A stretch of 62,610 nt of DNA, counting the filler, from Globobulimina sp. (lineage: Eukaryota), in assembly GCA_003354225.1 (NCBI GenBank). It is 27 parts of 27 records of this genome, joined end to end, with 100 filler letters (N's around TTAATTAATTAA, not from the genome) between each part and the next. Parts side by side here need not be neighbours in the genome. Positions count along the whole stretch, not along the records: positions 1 to 2,224 come from PIVH01008071.1; positions 2,325 to 4,548 come from PIVH01008072.1; positions 4,649 to 6,871 come from PIVH01008073.1; positions 6,972 to 9,194 come from PIVH01008074.1; positions 9,295 to 11,517 come from PIVH01008075.1; 22 more parts are not named here. One strand, given 5' to 3'. The notes under the pieces are model-generated. The model had not been told where the DNA came from. It worked only from the letters and a program-made list of their open reading frames with translations, and did no database searches. Every line of letters begins with the position of its first letter. The stretch's first letter is position 1. Shown piece after piece: positions 1 through 11,617 of this stretch. The position numbers and the translations under genes are program-made.

Positions 1-800
1 AACTGTACAGAAGCTAAATTGAACTGAATAAAAAAACTTTCCATATATATATAGTATATATTAGGTAGATCATATGGTGGACCTGTCAAGGGATCATATA
101 TGATTAAACCTAATATATATATGATCTAATCATATGCGTAGTTCTTATCGGGAACATTACTGTACTCAAACTGAACTATTATTTTGTATTTGCACTATTA
201 TTTTGTATCTAACACAATTAGATGGCTCCTCCCTCCACCGTGAATTACAGAATACATAAAATAATCTTTTCGTTTCTATATTATTTGCATAAAAGCAACC
301 AAAAAGAAAACACAAAAACATAAGCACAAAACCAACCAAAAATAAGCACAGACCAACCAAAAAATATGCACAAAACCAAACAAAAATAACGTACAGATCT
401 GACAAATAAGTTAAAAATGTTTTTCTGTACTTTGACTAGTCAATATCGATGATGGTTTATTCAAAAAATTCAGAATGGCTGCATAGCTCCCCTCGATAGT
501 ATACATCTATTAGAATGACATCTATCTGCTTACTTTGACTAAAAAAATAACAGAGAGTCGCAACAAAATCCTTCTGTGCTAAAAAAAAACGAACACAGAA
601 AAAGTACACATCATTCCCGCCCTGCCACATAATTATTGCATAATATTTTCAAGGTATGTTAATGTGATAAGGCAAACGTTTAATTATAAAAATTACAAAT
701 TAAATGAATGAATGAATGAAAATATATAAAGGAATCCATGCGATAACTAACAAAACACAAATTAAAATTGTATTAAAAATAAAAAGATACGAGTCATTAA

Positions 801-1781
801 TTAAGATAATGATTGTTGTAGTTCAATACCAATAACTTTAGATATGTTTGCATTCGGTGTCCTAACTATAATGGAATAAGATTGATTTTGTAAACATTTG
901 CAATGAATCAATATCGGCAACAACATGTTTGAATTTGTAATTGAAGCTAAATTGCCTGCAGCAATCACCTCATTTTTAATGGTTTCAATATGATGGCAAT
1001 GCAATTTCTTGGTCAATTTCTCAACATACACTGATATCGATGCATTTAATAAATTCAAATTAATTTGAAACGAACCAAGTGATAATTTGTTCCAATTTAT
1101 ACCAAAATCCTTGGTTGTGATTATCGATGGTCGCATTAAATCCGATATTTGTAAACTTATTGGTGGCAATATGTCATTACCAATGGACAGGATAATGTTG
1201 CACGGTATCACTATTTGCGACGGATTGGTTAATCCAAACGTGATCATTTGACACGCCGTCTTCCCGCCATCTATCTGTGCGATGATGGCAGTGGTCGCAT
1301 TCTTCAATTTCGGCGATGGACTGCTGTTCGCCACATCGAACCCGAATTGTAACTGACATTTCGAGGCATCCTTTTTGACCGATATTTGAATACCAGACAC
1401 ATTTTGAGCGGATACATTGGATATAAACACGCATAATGTCGACTTCTGTTGTTTATAGATCTTGAAATAACTGACTTGCAATGCTCCATTGTCAAATAAT
1501 ATTTGGTCCGTTTCATGCGATCGAGGGAAGCCCATTACCTTTGCTCCTAACTGTTGTTTAAGAGCAGCAAAGCCGCGGTTTATACCCATTAACGAATTGC
1601 CACTGTTGGCAATATTTGGCGATGAGGGATTGGACGATAACGAGCCAAATATATCAGCACTTCCACCCATGCTGTTATTGGGAGGCTGTGGTATGGAGGG
1701 TCCACCAAACAAATCACCCAATAAATCACCACCACCACCTTAAGCTTGGCTGCCTGGCATTTGTGCGGATCCACCAAATAA
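801..1781 (-). CDS. AP4E1: AP-4 complex subunit epsilon, C-terminal part (hinge plus appendage/platform domain); 5' incomplete, with an in-frame TAA at 1740-1742
   Basis: A DLFGG/DIFG low-complexity hinge is followed by LMRPSIITTKDFGINW...LTKKLHCHHIETIKNEVIAAG...ILIHCK...IIVRT. This matches the AP-4 epsilon platform pattern (FIRPLKIS..FGKLW...KLRLHIIEIIGNE...LLHCR). Confidence 0.8.
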
Positions 1782-2224
1782 TTAATTCTGTTCGTGGTTC
1801 ATAATTTGAGCCACACGCTTCATTACAATTAAATTTTATATCCTGCCATATTTGTAAACTGTTATGGTCACTATCTGAGGTATCATACTATTATATTCGC
1901 ACGATACTATTTAACACATTCTCGATATAACCACCAATAATACACGATGCAGTCATTATTCCTCCTTCGTTTTCTGATGCTGATAGTAAACAAAAAAACA
2001 ATTAAAGATATAATTATACAATTAATGTTTTTGTCAGAAAAAAGTATAAAAAAAAGAAGAACAAACATTTTATTTCTCAATTTTATCCATTGTATGATGC
2101 TCAACACCACGTCCAATGACTATATATATGATTTTATTTTTGGTTTTTTTTTATTTTTATTGCAAAATCGCCTGTTGTTTTTGAGACTGCTTTTAAACCA
2201 AGATAGCATATGCTTATGTTTCAT

Positions 2225-2324
2225 NNNNNNNNNNNNNNNNNNNNNNNNNNNNNNNNNNNNNNNNNNNNTTAATTAATTAANNNNNNNNNNNNNNNNNNNN
2301 NNNNNNNNNNNNNNNNNNNNNNNN
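2225..2324. other. Artificial contig-joining spacer (N44-TTAATTAATTAA-N44); first of 26 copies
   Basis: Identical 100-nt spacers start at 2225, 4549, 6872, 9195, 11518, 13841, 16164, 18487, 20810, 23133, 25456, 27779, 30102, 32425, 34748, 37071, 39394, 41716, 44038, 46360, 48682, 51004, 53326, 55648, 57969 and 60290. TTAATTAATTAA gives stops in all six frames. Contig lengths fall from 2224 to 2221 bp. Confidence 0.99.
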
Positions 2325-2427
2325 TTTTTTTACCTTACTACTCCAACATGGTGTTCACAAGTTCAAGTTTTAGACTTCGAGCCCTTAAGGTAAAAGTGTC
2401 TAATTAGTTGGGATGTAAATATTAAGT

Positions 2428-3305
2428 AATCAATATCAATATCAATATCAATTTACTTCGCCAAATGATATACCATGGGTAGTCAGCACAAATACATATA
2501 AAATACATATCCGGCACATCCGGGAAGTGTTGCAGTGCAATAGTAAAACTACAAAAAAGTGCTAAAAGGCAATTAATTACTAAAAATACTTAGACTAGAA
2601 CTTATTGTCATAATAACTCTTTAACAATAATTTGAACTTTGCATATGACACTGGATTTAATACATCAATGTTAAGTTTTTCACATGCTTCGTTTAATAAA
2701 ACAGCACCACGGTAGCAAAATGCACGTTTGGCTGCATCAGTTTTGAAAGATGGAATATTGAATTTTGGTACCAGATTTGTTCTTGTTGTATGGCGGTTTG
2801 TACTGATATGAAAGTTTCCAATAGCATTTCTTTCTAGGAATAATTTGTAAGCCATTAATTGAGTTCTGAATTTGAGATGAGTCTGGGCATCAAGCCATTT
2901 TAGTTCGTTCCGTGCGGCTGTCGCTCTATCATACTTTCTTAGACCACAGACCATCTTCGCACCAAAGTTGACAATTCTTGTGATGGTTTGATCGACGTAG
3001 GAAGGTGGAGAGGCTTGAATTACGGATGGCGCATAATACACTTTTGACAGCACGGTAGATTCAATAGTTCGAATTAGTGTCTTTCTTGGAATAAATTTCT
3101 TAACTCGGTTTATAGCATACAATTCTCTTTTGCAGCGGCCGGTTACAGAGTTCAAATAGGGTAGAAAGTTCAAGTTTTGATCGAAAATAATTCCCAGATT
3201 TTTTGCCTCAGGAACAGTGTCCAAGGCTTGATCTAATAACAACAAATTTGGTTGGTTGTCTTCCACTAAAAGTCGACGGTTTTGAGCTGTTCCAATTGTA
3301 ATAAC
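2428..3305 (-). mobile_element. 5'-truncated non-LTR retrotransposon (CR1/L2-like): end of the ORF2 RT region, 3'UTR and (ATTGAT)n tail
   Basis: Frame open 3305-2595: VITIGT...AKNLGIIFDQNLNF...IESTVLSKVYYA...ELKWL...KRAFCYRGAVLLN, typical of the CR1/L2 ORF2 C-terminus. A hexamer tandem tail lies at 2428-2453, about 140 nt after the stop. Confidence 0.85.
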
Positions 3306-3395
3306 TCACGTTCTGAAAATTGAATTGAGGTTCCCAAGAAATCATCCATTCTTCTCTGATTTGGAGCAAGGTAAAAAACTGTCACAGTTCAAAGA

Positions 3396-4316
3396 ATGTC
3401 TTCCAAAAATGCCCAAAATGAAGAATTAACTGTGTATGGGTATGTGCGAAATAATTGTTGCACTCCAATACCAATTGAATTGATAGATTTAATGGTGTTA
3501 TTTTATGATTTATACTGTCATTGGTATTTGAATAAGAAAGCACTGCAACAAATCATCGAAACAAAAACTGCGTTTACGAATGGGCCAGTATTTGAGACTG
3601 AAGGTATTTTGTTTGAACATATGATCGAAATCCGCGTAGACGATAAGCATTATTATGGTGTCAAGGTAGCAAAAATGCCACAAGATATTGAATATTGTGG
3701 TATGTATTTAGAACTGCGATGTGATCAAATTGGTTCTTTCGATAAATGTTTCAGAAGATATCAGCCCGACAATGCAGACTGTTGGACATATTTAAACCTA
3801 CCAAATCTGGAACCATTTGATCATTTATATTTGAGCTGTTTTATCGATTTAAAACATATTAAATTCAAACAAAGTGCCAATAAACATAGCTTTGAAAAAT
3901 TAGAAAAATTTCCAAGATGTGCTCAATATAAATGGAGCATTGATGGTGGATTAATGGAAAGGTTTAAAATCCACACAGATATCAGCTCAAATTCCTTTGG
4001 CAATGATAAATTTTCAATTAATTTATTTTTATGGCCAGGTCATGAATTACAAATTACTCCGCAACCCTTAGTGATGCCATTGGATATTGTTAAAATGGAT
4101 ATTTCTGTGGTTATTCGGAATGACTTTAATCATAAACAAATAGAACATACTTGCGAGTATTTGCAGGATGAAGCGGAATGTTTTGATTCAGGAATATATT
4201 TAGAAGATATTTTCAAGGAAACTGCAATAGTTTTTGATGTTGAATTGGAATTAATTGGAATGTATAAGAAAAATGAGCCCATTAAAAACTATCTCACTCA
4301 TTTTATTGAAAAATGA
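3396..4316 (+). CDS. Hypothetical protein: N-terminal VYGYVR...IPIELIDLMVLFY module plus two MATH/TRAF-like beta-sandwich repeats
   Basis: Intact 306-aa ORF. Two repeats begin CHWYLN and YKWSID and continue with GPVF...GILF and SSNSF...FSINLFLWPG, resembling MATH domains (inference). Confidence 0.7.
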   Translation: MSSKNAQNEELTVYGYVRNNCCTPIPIELIDLMVLFYDLYCHWYLNKKALQQIIETKTAFTNGPVFETEGILFEHMIEIRVDDKHYYGVKVAKMPQDIEYCGMYLELRCDQIGSFDKCFRRYQPDNADCWTYLNLPNLEPFDHLYLSCFIDLKHIKFKQSANKHSFEKLEKFPRCAQYKWSIDGGLMERFKIHTDISSNSFGNDKFSINLFLWPGHELQITPQPLVMPLDIVKMDISVVIRNDFNHKQIEHTCEYLQDEAECFDSGIYLEDIFKETAIVFDVELELIGMYKKNEPIKNYLTHFIEK

Positions 4317-4648
4317 TTAGTTCAACCATAAAATTCGCCTATTGTGTTATTTGCGAATGCTTGAATAGAAGTTCTGTTACAGAATTAATTAATATCAATC
4401 TGAGAATTGAGTGTAGTAACTACTCTTCTAATCATGGCGGAAATTGAAGGTTGCATTATCACCTTAGATAATTATATAGTTTATTATCATCAACCTAATA
4501 AGTTTCCAGATGGACTTATGATATCAACGGGCGATGTTGAATTATTAANNNNNNNNNNNNNNNNNNNNNNNNNNNNNNNNNNNNNNNNNNNNTTAATTAA
4601 TTAANNNNNNNNNNNNNNNNNNNNNNNNNNNNNNNNNNNNNNNNNNNN

Positions 4649-5538
4649 ATTCAAAGCTGTTTAAAACAGATTGAACAGATTGTTGATATACTAAATGATG
4701 ACTATGATGATGCAGACGAGCGCAAAATACCGTATTTGACAGATAGGGAGAAATATAATTTATTGGTACCTGCTTTGTGGAGAAGAATAACCGTACAAAC
4801 TTCGATAATAATGGCATAATTAATGGTATTACGCGCCGCGAGATCACCAAGCAAAATCCTGTGAATTTAGCTGGTATTATCAGAGCCATCATGCAATTAC
4901 CAAACAAATTGCAACCACGATGTGAGGCTAACAACCCTCGATATAAATTCGTGGTATATGATGACCGCAACATCAACATCTTCAATTTGACGAATTGGCC
5001 GAACCGATATCAAAATCCTGACCCGAATCCTTTCAATACCTATAACAAATTCTATGGCGCACAAACGAGAGATCGCGGTCGCGGCAGAGGTCGAGGTCGA
5101 GGACGCGGACGAGGCAGTTTCTGCGGACGTGGTGGATATAGAGGTCGTGGACGAAGAGGATCATTCCGTGCACGTGGTAGAGGCCGTAGGTTCTCCGGAA
5201 ATCGCAGACCAAGGCCCAGTTCATGGAATGACGAATCCAATGCCAAACGCGCTAAAATTGAGTGCTTTCGATGTGGAAAGCTTGGCCATTATAATACTGA
5301 GTGCTATTCCACGCTCCATAAAGACGGCCGACCTTTAACGAAACAAACAAATACAAAAACAGATAGAGGCAGAGGCGGACGAACCGGAAACCTCAAATGT
5401 TACCGTTGCGGCCGAGAAGGCCATATGCGGCGCGACTGCATCGCCAATAAAACAGTGTCCGGCGACGACATACATGATATAAAGGGTGTTGCAAAAGTCT
5501 GTGTACCCCATAATGGCTCCATAACTTGTCATATATGA
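4649..5538 (+). mobile_element. Gag-like nucleic-acid-binding ORF with an RG/RGG box and two CCHC zinc knuckles; frameshifted near 4770
   Basis: CFRCGKLGHYNTEC and CYRCGREGHMRRDC (CX2CX4HX4C) plus an (RG)n tract. A protein-like upstream frame from 4649 (IQSCLKQIEQIVDILNDD...KYNLLV) shifts by one base into the 4777 frame. No protease or RT is recognisable downstream. Confidence 0.5.
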
Positions 5539-7078
5539 TATGTACAATATTGATTTTTTGTGTGATTGTTTATCTATGATACATGTTTGTTGTGTGTTAA
5601 TATTAATCCATTCTGATTGATATTGTTAAAACTAGGGCACATTCTTTATTTTGATATTTTTGAAATTACAGGATTTGTAAAAACTTGTACATTTTGTGTT
5701 CAGATGGTTGAATTTGTACATTTGGTGTTCAGATTTGGATTTGTTATATTCAATACTGATTATGAAAGTATTATGCCAGTCATTATTCTATTCAATACGG
5801 GATTATTATGCCAATCACATGTGACTCACAAGCCAGACAAGAACACGATAGAATAAGATGCAGTCAAATGCATAAAGACGGCAAATCTGTTTTTCATATT
5901 GAATTTATGGAATTATTTGGCTCAACAAGTTTTTGTTGATGGTGGATTTCATACAACAAAAGCAATCCAAAGAAAAGTTGAGCACTAATGGAACAAGATT
6001 CCTGTTCAAATCTTGAGAAGAAAAGATGTGAGTTAGTAGCTGAAAAACCTGAAGAAAGATCTTCACATAAATGACACTCGAAGTCTTGAACACTTGTTCT
6101 AAACACCTTATTTGATATCAATTACATGATATTTCAATCAAATACAATATACTATGCAACATTACATCGTATTTTGTATCACAACAGATATGTATTTTTG
6201 ATCATATGTATAAATAAAAATTGTTCGTTTTTTCCGATAAATAAATAGGATCAATACAAATGTCCGGATCAATATAAATAGATAGAATGGCAGTCGAATA
6301 AATCAATCACACCCATTTTGTACATCCAATGTTTATGTTTATTGTGATATGTTTTATTTTGATGGAGCTCAAATATTCATTAAGTTACAGTGCATTTACC
6401 GTTGGGGTACACAGACTTTATATATACACAATTGACTTTAATTGTATGTGCATAATTTATCGCTATAAAAGATTACGCGGCGAACCGTATAAAGCCATTC
6501 AAAAAACTACTTCAATCTGTCATTTGCCATAAATATTCTTAATTACACGCATATTGTCGCATAATCGGTTGCTGGAGTGGTTGAGGTCTGAAATGATAAT
6601 AAATCTAAATTATTTACAATCTAACACTGCATTATTATTGTTATTACCAATTTACCATCAAATAATTGATTCTTTGCTGCCTTATTCGTTCTAATGAACT
6701 GTGCCAGTAATTAAATTGCATAAGGTCGATAATGATTCATTTTCTTTCTTATCACATTCTTGATTGAAGATAAAATTATAAACTGTTCCAGTTGTAAATT
6801 ATTCATTAAATTGTTCATTAGTTGAAACTATTATTGTGTATATATATATATATATGGTCAAATACAAAAACNNNNNNNNNNNNNNNNNNNNNNNNNNNNN
6901 NNNNNNNNNNNNNNNTTAATTAATTAANNNNNNNNNNNNNNNNNNNNNNNNNNNNNNNNNNNNNNNNNNNNGATAATTATCGTGAAATTAAAAATAGTGA
7001 TGTCGGGTTTAAAAATGCAACTTTTCATACCATCATCTCCTAATTCATCAAGTTTACGTTTTCTATTATTTTTATTTT

Positions 7079-7918
7079 TTATGTCTCCGATTGCAATTTG
7101 AATGACTTTATGTCCACAAACATCAGCAATACAGTATCCTTTGGAACATCACCAAATTTCAACCCATCAAAATAGTACATTTCCTTCAATCCTTCACTTG
7201 CTTTTTTCATCTCATTATATAATACTTTTTTACTCCTTTTGTCCAACATAATTCCATCACAAAAATACTCGCGAATTAAATCATTGATTACTGTCCCTTT
7301 CATAATATTTAAATCAAACTCATTTTCTGCTTCCCTCAAATATTGAATGGACACTGTATTTGCTATGGATTCATCAAATCGTTGGTATGGTTTGCCTTTG
7401 GGTTTGTTTTTTATTTTTACAATGGATGAACCCATCACTTTTGACCATAATTTACCAAATTTATCCAAAATTCGGTGTGCTTCGTCATGATTATCACAAT
7501 CATAAAAGCCATCTGGCCAATATTTGAATGTTAATAATATGGCAATTAATGAATCACCACATGTTTTATAATCTTTTTGCTTTAATAATTGTCGACATTC
7601 ATTTAATTCCTGTTTAAACACAGATTGATAATCCGGCGCTGATGAAGTGTTTGAAAAACCTCCTCCGACGTTGGCGGAATAAGCATCTAAACGCTGACTG
7701 ATATCATCGGCATTATGAGATATAAATGCATATGGAATGGATTGTATATATTCCAATGCTGAAATACCTTCATCTTCCATTGCGTTTTCGATATATTCTT
7801 CTTCCAAATATTCAAAAATCACAACCGCTTTTCCTGTTCGTTCCGCTTGGACTATTAATGCTTTTTCATATCTTGCAATAAGTTGTCCGATGTTGTTCGT
7901 CTCCTGCGGTGTTGTCAT
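7079..7918 (-). CDS. Hypothetical protein (279 aa, predicted mostly helical)
   Basis: Intact ATG-to-stop ORF with protein-like composition; no family recognised. Confidence 0.7.
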   Translation of the reverse strand: MTTPQETNNIGQLIARYEKALIVQAERTGKAVVIFEYLEEEYIENAMEDEGISALEYIQSIPYAFISHNADDISQRLDAYSANVGGGFSNTSSAPDYQSVFKQELNECRQLLKQKDYKTCGDSLIAILLTFKYWPDGFYDCDNHDEAHRILDKFGKLWSKVMGSSIVKIKNKPKGKPYQRFDESIANTVSIQYLREAENEFDLNIMKGTVINDLIREYFCDGIMLDKRSKKVLYNEMKKASEGLKEMYYFDGLKFGDVPKDTVLLMFVDIKSFKLQSET

Positions 7919-8244
7919 CGTTTACGTTCCTCAAAACCTTCTTGTTTTACCATGTCGTCTGACAAGTATTCAAGATCTAGACCAAGGCAACAACGACAAC
8001 ATTTAAGTGGACCACACCATTCGTATCATCCATCCATCCATTCAGAAACATTTGGTATACTCCATACAGATATATTTAAATACAGACATACAGCACTCTT
8101 ATTTTCCACATATTAAAATAAAATAATCCTTAAAAAAAAGAACTTGATAAATTTGCGCTTGGATCATTACAAAAAGAATGTGATGGCTACACCTCGCAAT
8201 GTGAGAGTTTAAAACGCCTTGGAATCATACTCAATAAATACAGA

Positions 8245-9048
8245 TTGTTGGTGATCAAACAAAAGAATGGCCACATCAACATAAACAACAATCGTTTGGG
8301 ACTGGTAGGTCTTGGCAGTAATCACCACAAACCATTCCATTCCATGTCCATCCCCGAACCAATAAATAATCACAACACACATAACCAGCACAGCAGCAGC
8401 GATGTAATGAGCATTGACTTCTTAGCCATTTATCAGCAGCAAGTATACGATAACCATCAGCCAATGATGAACCTCAATAAAACGAACAGTATGTACGATT
8501 TCATCAACTTTAAGCTCGGCGAAAACTACAATAACAAGGAATTATTGAATGATTTCCACCATTTATTGTATCAGCATTGCAGTGATAAGCAATATGAAGA
8601 GATCTATAATTATTTAGTACAGCAAATTGGCACAAAATGCATCGCCTCCACTTGTAACATATTGCAACGTAATAACAACGAATTTAACCTATTCAATCAA
8701 CGCGATTCCATCGAAGAAATATCGGCGCGGCAGACCATTAACCAAATTCATTGTTATTTCCTGCATTCTTACGACATCGGATACAAATTCAACGAGAAAC
8801 AGTACAAAACTATCAATCAATACAATGTTCTCGATAATAAATCCGATGTCTCTGAGAATGAGATAAATTCGCAATGCGTCGACGAGAGATTGTCCATTTT
8901 GTGCAAAATGATCAATAAAAAACATCAATACATCTCGAGACATGCGGGGAAAGACAAAGGCAAACAAATTGTGCACAAATTCTGTGTTCGAGCAGATCTC
9001 GCAATGATAAATCATTATGTTGTGGGTTACATGGGTGGGTGGGATTGA
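8245..9048 (+). CDS. Hypothetical protein with a His/Cys-patterned domain; start uncertain (first ATG 8344)
   Basis: LLNDFHHLLYQH...CIASTCNILQR...INQIHCYFLHSYDIG follows an N/H-rich low-complexity N-terminus. Confidence 0.6.
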   Translation: MLVIKQKNGHININNNRLGLVGLGSNHHKPFHSMSIPEPINNHNTHNQHSSSDVMSIDFLAIYQQQVYDNHQPMMNLNKTNSMYDFINFKLGENYNNKELLNDFHHLLYQHCSDKQYEEIYNYLVQQIGTKCIASTCNILQRNNNEFNLFNQRDSIEEISARQTINQIHCYFLHSYDIGYKFNEKQYKTINQYNVLDNKSDVSENEINSQCVDERLSILCKMINKKHQYISRHAGKDKGKQIVHKFCVRADLAMINHYVVGYMGGWD

Positions 9049-9097
9049 ATCAAAGTGGTGCACCATCGTTTGATTTCTCGCTCAGTGCGAATGTTAG

Positions 9098-9127
9098 ACC
9101 TTAAACCTTAAACCCTAAACCCTAAAC
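9098..9127 (-). repeat. Short telomere-like heptamer array: two TTTAGGG-type and two TTTAAGG-type units
   Basis: Plus strand reads accttaa accttaa accctaa accctaa ac. Confidence 0.5.
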
Positions 9128-9446
9128 TTAATATCAAATGATAATTTAAACCTTAATCTCATTTTATTCATTTTATTACTTTTATTCCTTTTGCNNNNNN
9201 NNNNNNNNNNNNNNNNNNNNNNNNNNNNNNNNNNNNNNTTAATTAATTAANNNNNNNNNNNNNNNNNNNNNNNNNNNNNNNNNNNNNNNNNNNNTACAAA
9301 ATTTATAAGTTATTACAATGAAACTTATCTTGTCAGTACCCGACGGTCATTGACATGATAAACATTCAACAAAAAGTTTTTTTAATTGTTTGTGAAGTAG
9401 CTGCTTGAAAACAATACTTTTTCATATCCTTTCTCGTTTACAGTGT

Positions 9447-9892
9447 ATGGCTTGGAGGAATAAAGGAATGACTACTAATAATTCACGGTATAAACCAAGT
9501 GTATATTGCACATAAAATAAAACGTCATATTATATTTTACATAAAATAAATGATATAATATCAGAAGCAGACGTAATCATTACAGAGATGAAGAAGCAGC
9601 GTCACTATTACTGGAAGAAAAGAATAACGAATTGATATCAGAATTAAACAGTAAAGTTGGATTGTTAAAATCGGGAGCATTGGATATAAATCGAATGATC
9701 AAAACAGACGCAAAACAACTAAACGATATCGAAATGTCCATGGGCAGTGCATCTGGTTTGTTGGAGCAAACCATGGGTAAATTTGGGACAATGATGAAAA
9801 CCGGCGGTACAAAAGTGACGTGCTATCTTGCATGCTTCATATTTCTCGTTTTTATAATATTTTATTGGATTCTCTCATCAAAATGGTCATAG
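9447..9892 (+). CDS. BET1: Bet1-like Qc-SNARE (122 aa), join(9447..9487,9565..9892)
   Basis: A 77-nt GT-AG intron (9488-9564) restores MAWRNKG...LLEEKNNELISELNSKVGLLKSGALDI...LLEQTMGKFGTMMKTGG followed by a C-terminal TM anchor. Size and pattern fit the Bet1/Bet1L family. Confidence 0.85.
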
Positions 9893-10211
9893 AATAGAAA
9901 TAAATTCAACCCTTTCTGTCAGTGTACGCGTGTGTGCGATTTATTTAATACAGCTTAGACTGTGTCGTTTTGCTTGTTCGAACAATGTTAAACCACCGTC
10001 GCAGCGTCGCTATGGTAGATATTATGTCACAACGCGAACGTAAAAAAACCATCCGCATAGCAGTAATACTTTTCAATTTATGTGGCGTCACAATATTGCG
10101 CGGAAAAATATAGTCAGTGTTAAGTGATCTTACCCAAAAATAATGCGTGTGCAAGGATAATGAAAATTACGTATCATTTTACAATGTAAACAAGTTAAAT
10201 TAATTATTTAT

Positions 10212-11517
10212 TTATTGTTGCGTGTTGTTCATGTCACCGCCAACAGGCACCACATTTTCACTTTGATTCACCATACTGACATCCACTTGATTTGCCACCT
10301 CTTCATTCTTGGCTTTCCTTCGTTTCTTATGCCTGTGTTTGTGTTTATGTCTTCTCGTACCGTCACCATGATGATGTCGTCTGTGATGCCGATGTTTGTG
10401 TTTTCTTTTCTTTTTGCGTTTGCGTTTCTTAACACCATCCACCTGTTCACCACCGCCCATCACATTATCCATAGCCCCATTCATCGGTAAATCCGGTTGA
10501 ATTGGAATGGCACTCATTTGCTGAGACGGCGGTTGCGGCGGCGGTGCTTGTACTGGCATTTGCATCTGACTTTGACTTTGTTGCTGCGCAGAAACGTTAC
10601 TCATAGACAAGTCCGTAACTGTAGCACTAACATTCGTTTTCCGTTTATCACTGCCAACCGACGACGATCGCGACCGAGACCGTGAACTCATCGAACCGGA
10701 TGAATAGGACCGGGATCGCGACCGTGAGCTCTCATACGATGAGCGAGAGTATGATCTGTGCCTTCTGCCTCTGTCCCTTCTGTTTGATTTATTCGCTGGT
10801 TGTCCCAATACGGCTGCGTTTGTGTTTGCATTTGCGTTTGCATTCAGCTTTGCTTTTTTCTCAGAATAACTGCTCGAATATGATGAACTGGAGAGCGATC
10901 GACTGCGTCTATTATAATTGATATTTATTTGTTTATTAAATGTTATCTGGCTTTGCAATTACGCGTACTTTATTTTTTATCTTTGGTACACTTTGTCTTT
11001 ACACATGAACACTGTACAGACTTTTTACTGTGCATTGCATGCATTGCATGCGGGACTTTTGCCTCTTTACATTGTCTTTGGACAAACTGAGAACAGAAAG
11101 AAAAAGATTTGGCGACTCCATAATCAAAAATGAGTGCAAAAACGTTTGTGTTTTAGGTGGATTGTAGGGGTCATACCTTCTGCGACGAGTTGGTCGCCCA
11201 CGATCTCGTGATGGCGAACGCGAGTACGAGGCATAGCGGCCACGCCCACCCATACCACGGCTGTCGCCGCCGTAATTTGCAGATGGTCCGCCATGGCCGT
11301 GGCCGTGGCCGTAATCGTTTCTGGCGCCGTAGCCACCGCCGCCACCACCGCCCATTCGGTGATAATTGTCGTAGCCGCCGCCACCGCCACCTCCACGGCC
11401 GGGACCACTGGTTCTGCGATCATAGGGACCTCGGCGTGAGGCAGAGGCTTCGGCGGGGGTTTGCTTGCGCATTTCTTTTGGCGTTTTGCGATCAGATTTG
11501 GCCCACTCGATATGAAT
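10212..11517 (-). CDS. SR splicing factor, SRSF10/12 (SCL)-like; 5' incomplete; intron 11176-10909
   Basis: The contig edge translates IHIEWAKSDRKTPKEMRK, matching the post-RRM motif of SRSF10 (IEIQFAQGDRKTPNQMK). G/Y-rich and RS domains follow, then a K/H/R-rich tail. A 268-nt GT-AG intron joins ORFs 10999..11472 and 10212..10958 in frame. Confidence 0.8.
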
Positions 11518-11617
11518 NNNNNNNNNNNNNNNNNNNNNNNNNNNNNNNNNNNNNNNNNNNNTTAATTAATTAANNNNNNNNNNNNNNNNNNNNNNNNNNN
11601 NNNNNNNNNNNNNNNNN

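Noticed and set aside
45-135. Imperfect AT-rich inverted repeat at the window start
   Set aside because: It is largely (TA)n low complexity, where self-complementarity is expected by chance.
5540-6871. Possible pol region downstream of the gag-like ORF
   Set aside because: Frames are broken by stops, and no protease, RT or integrase motif was visible.
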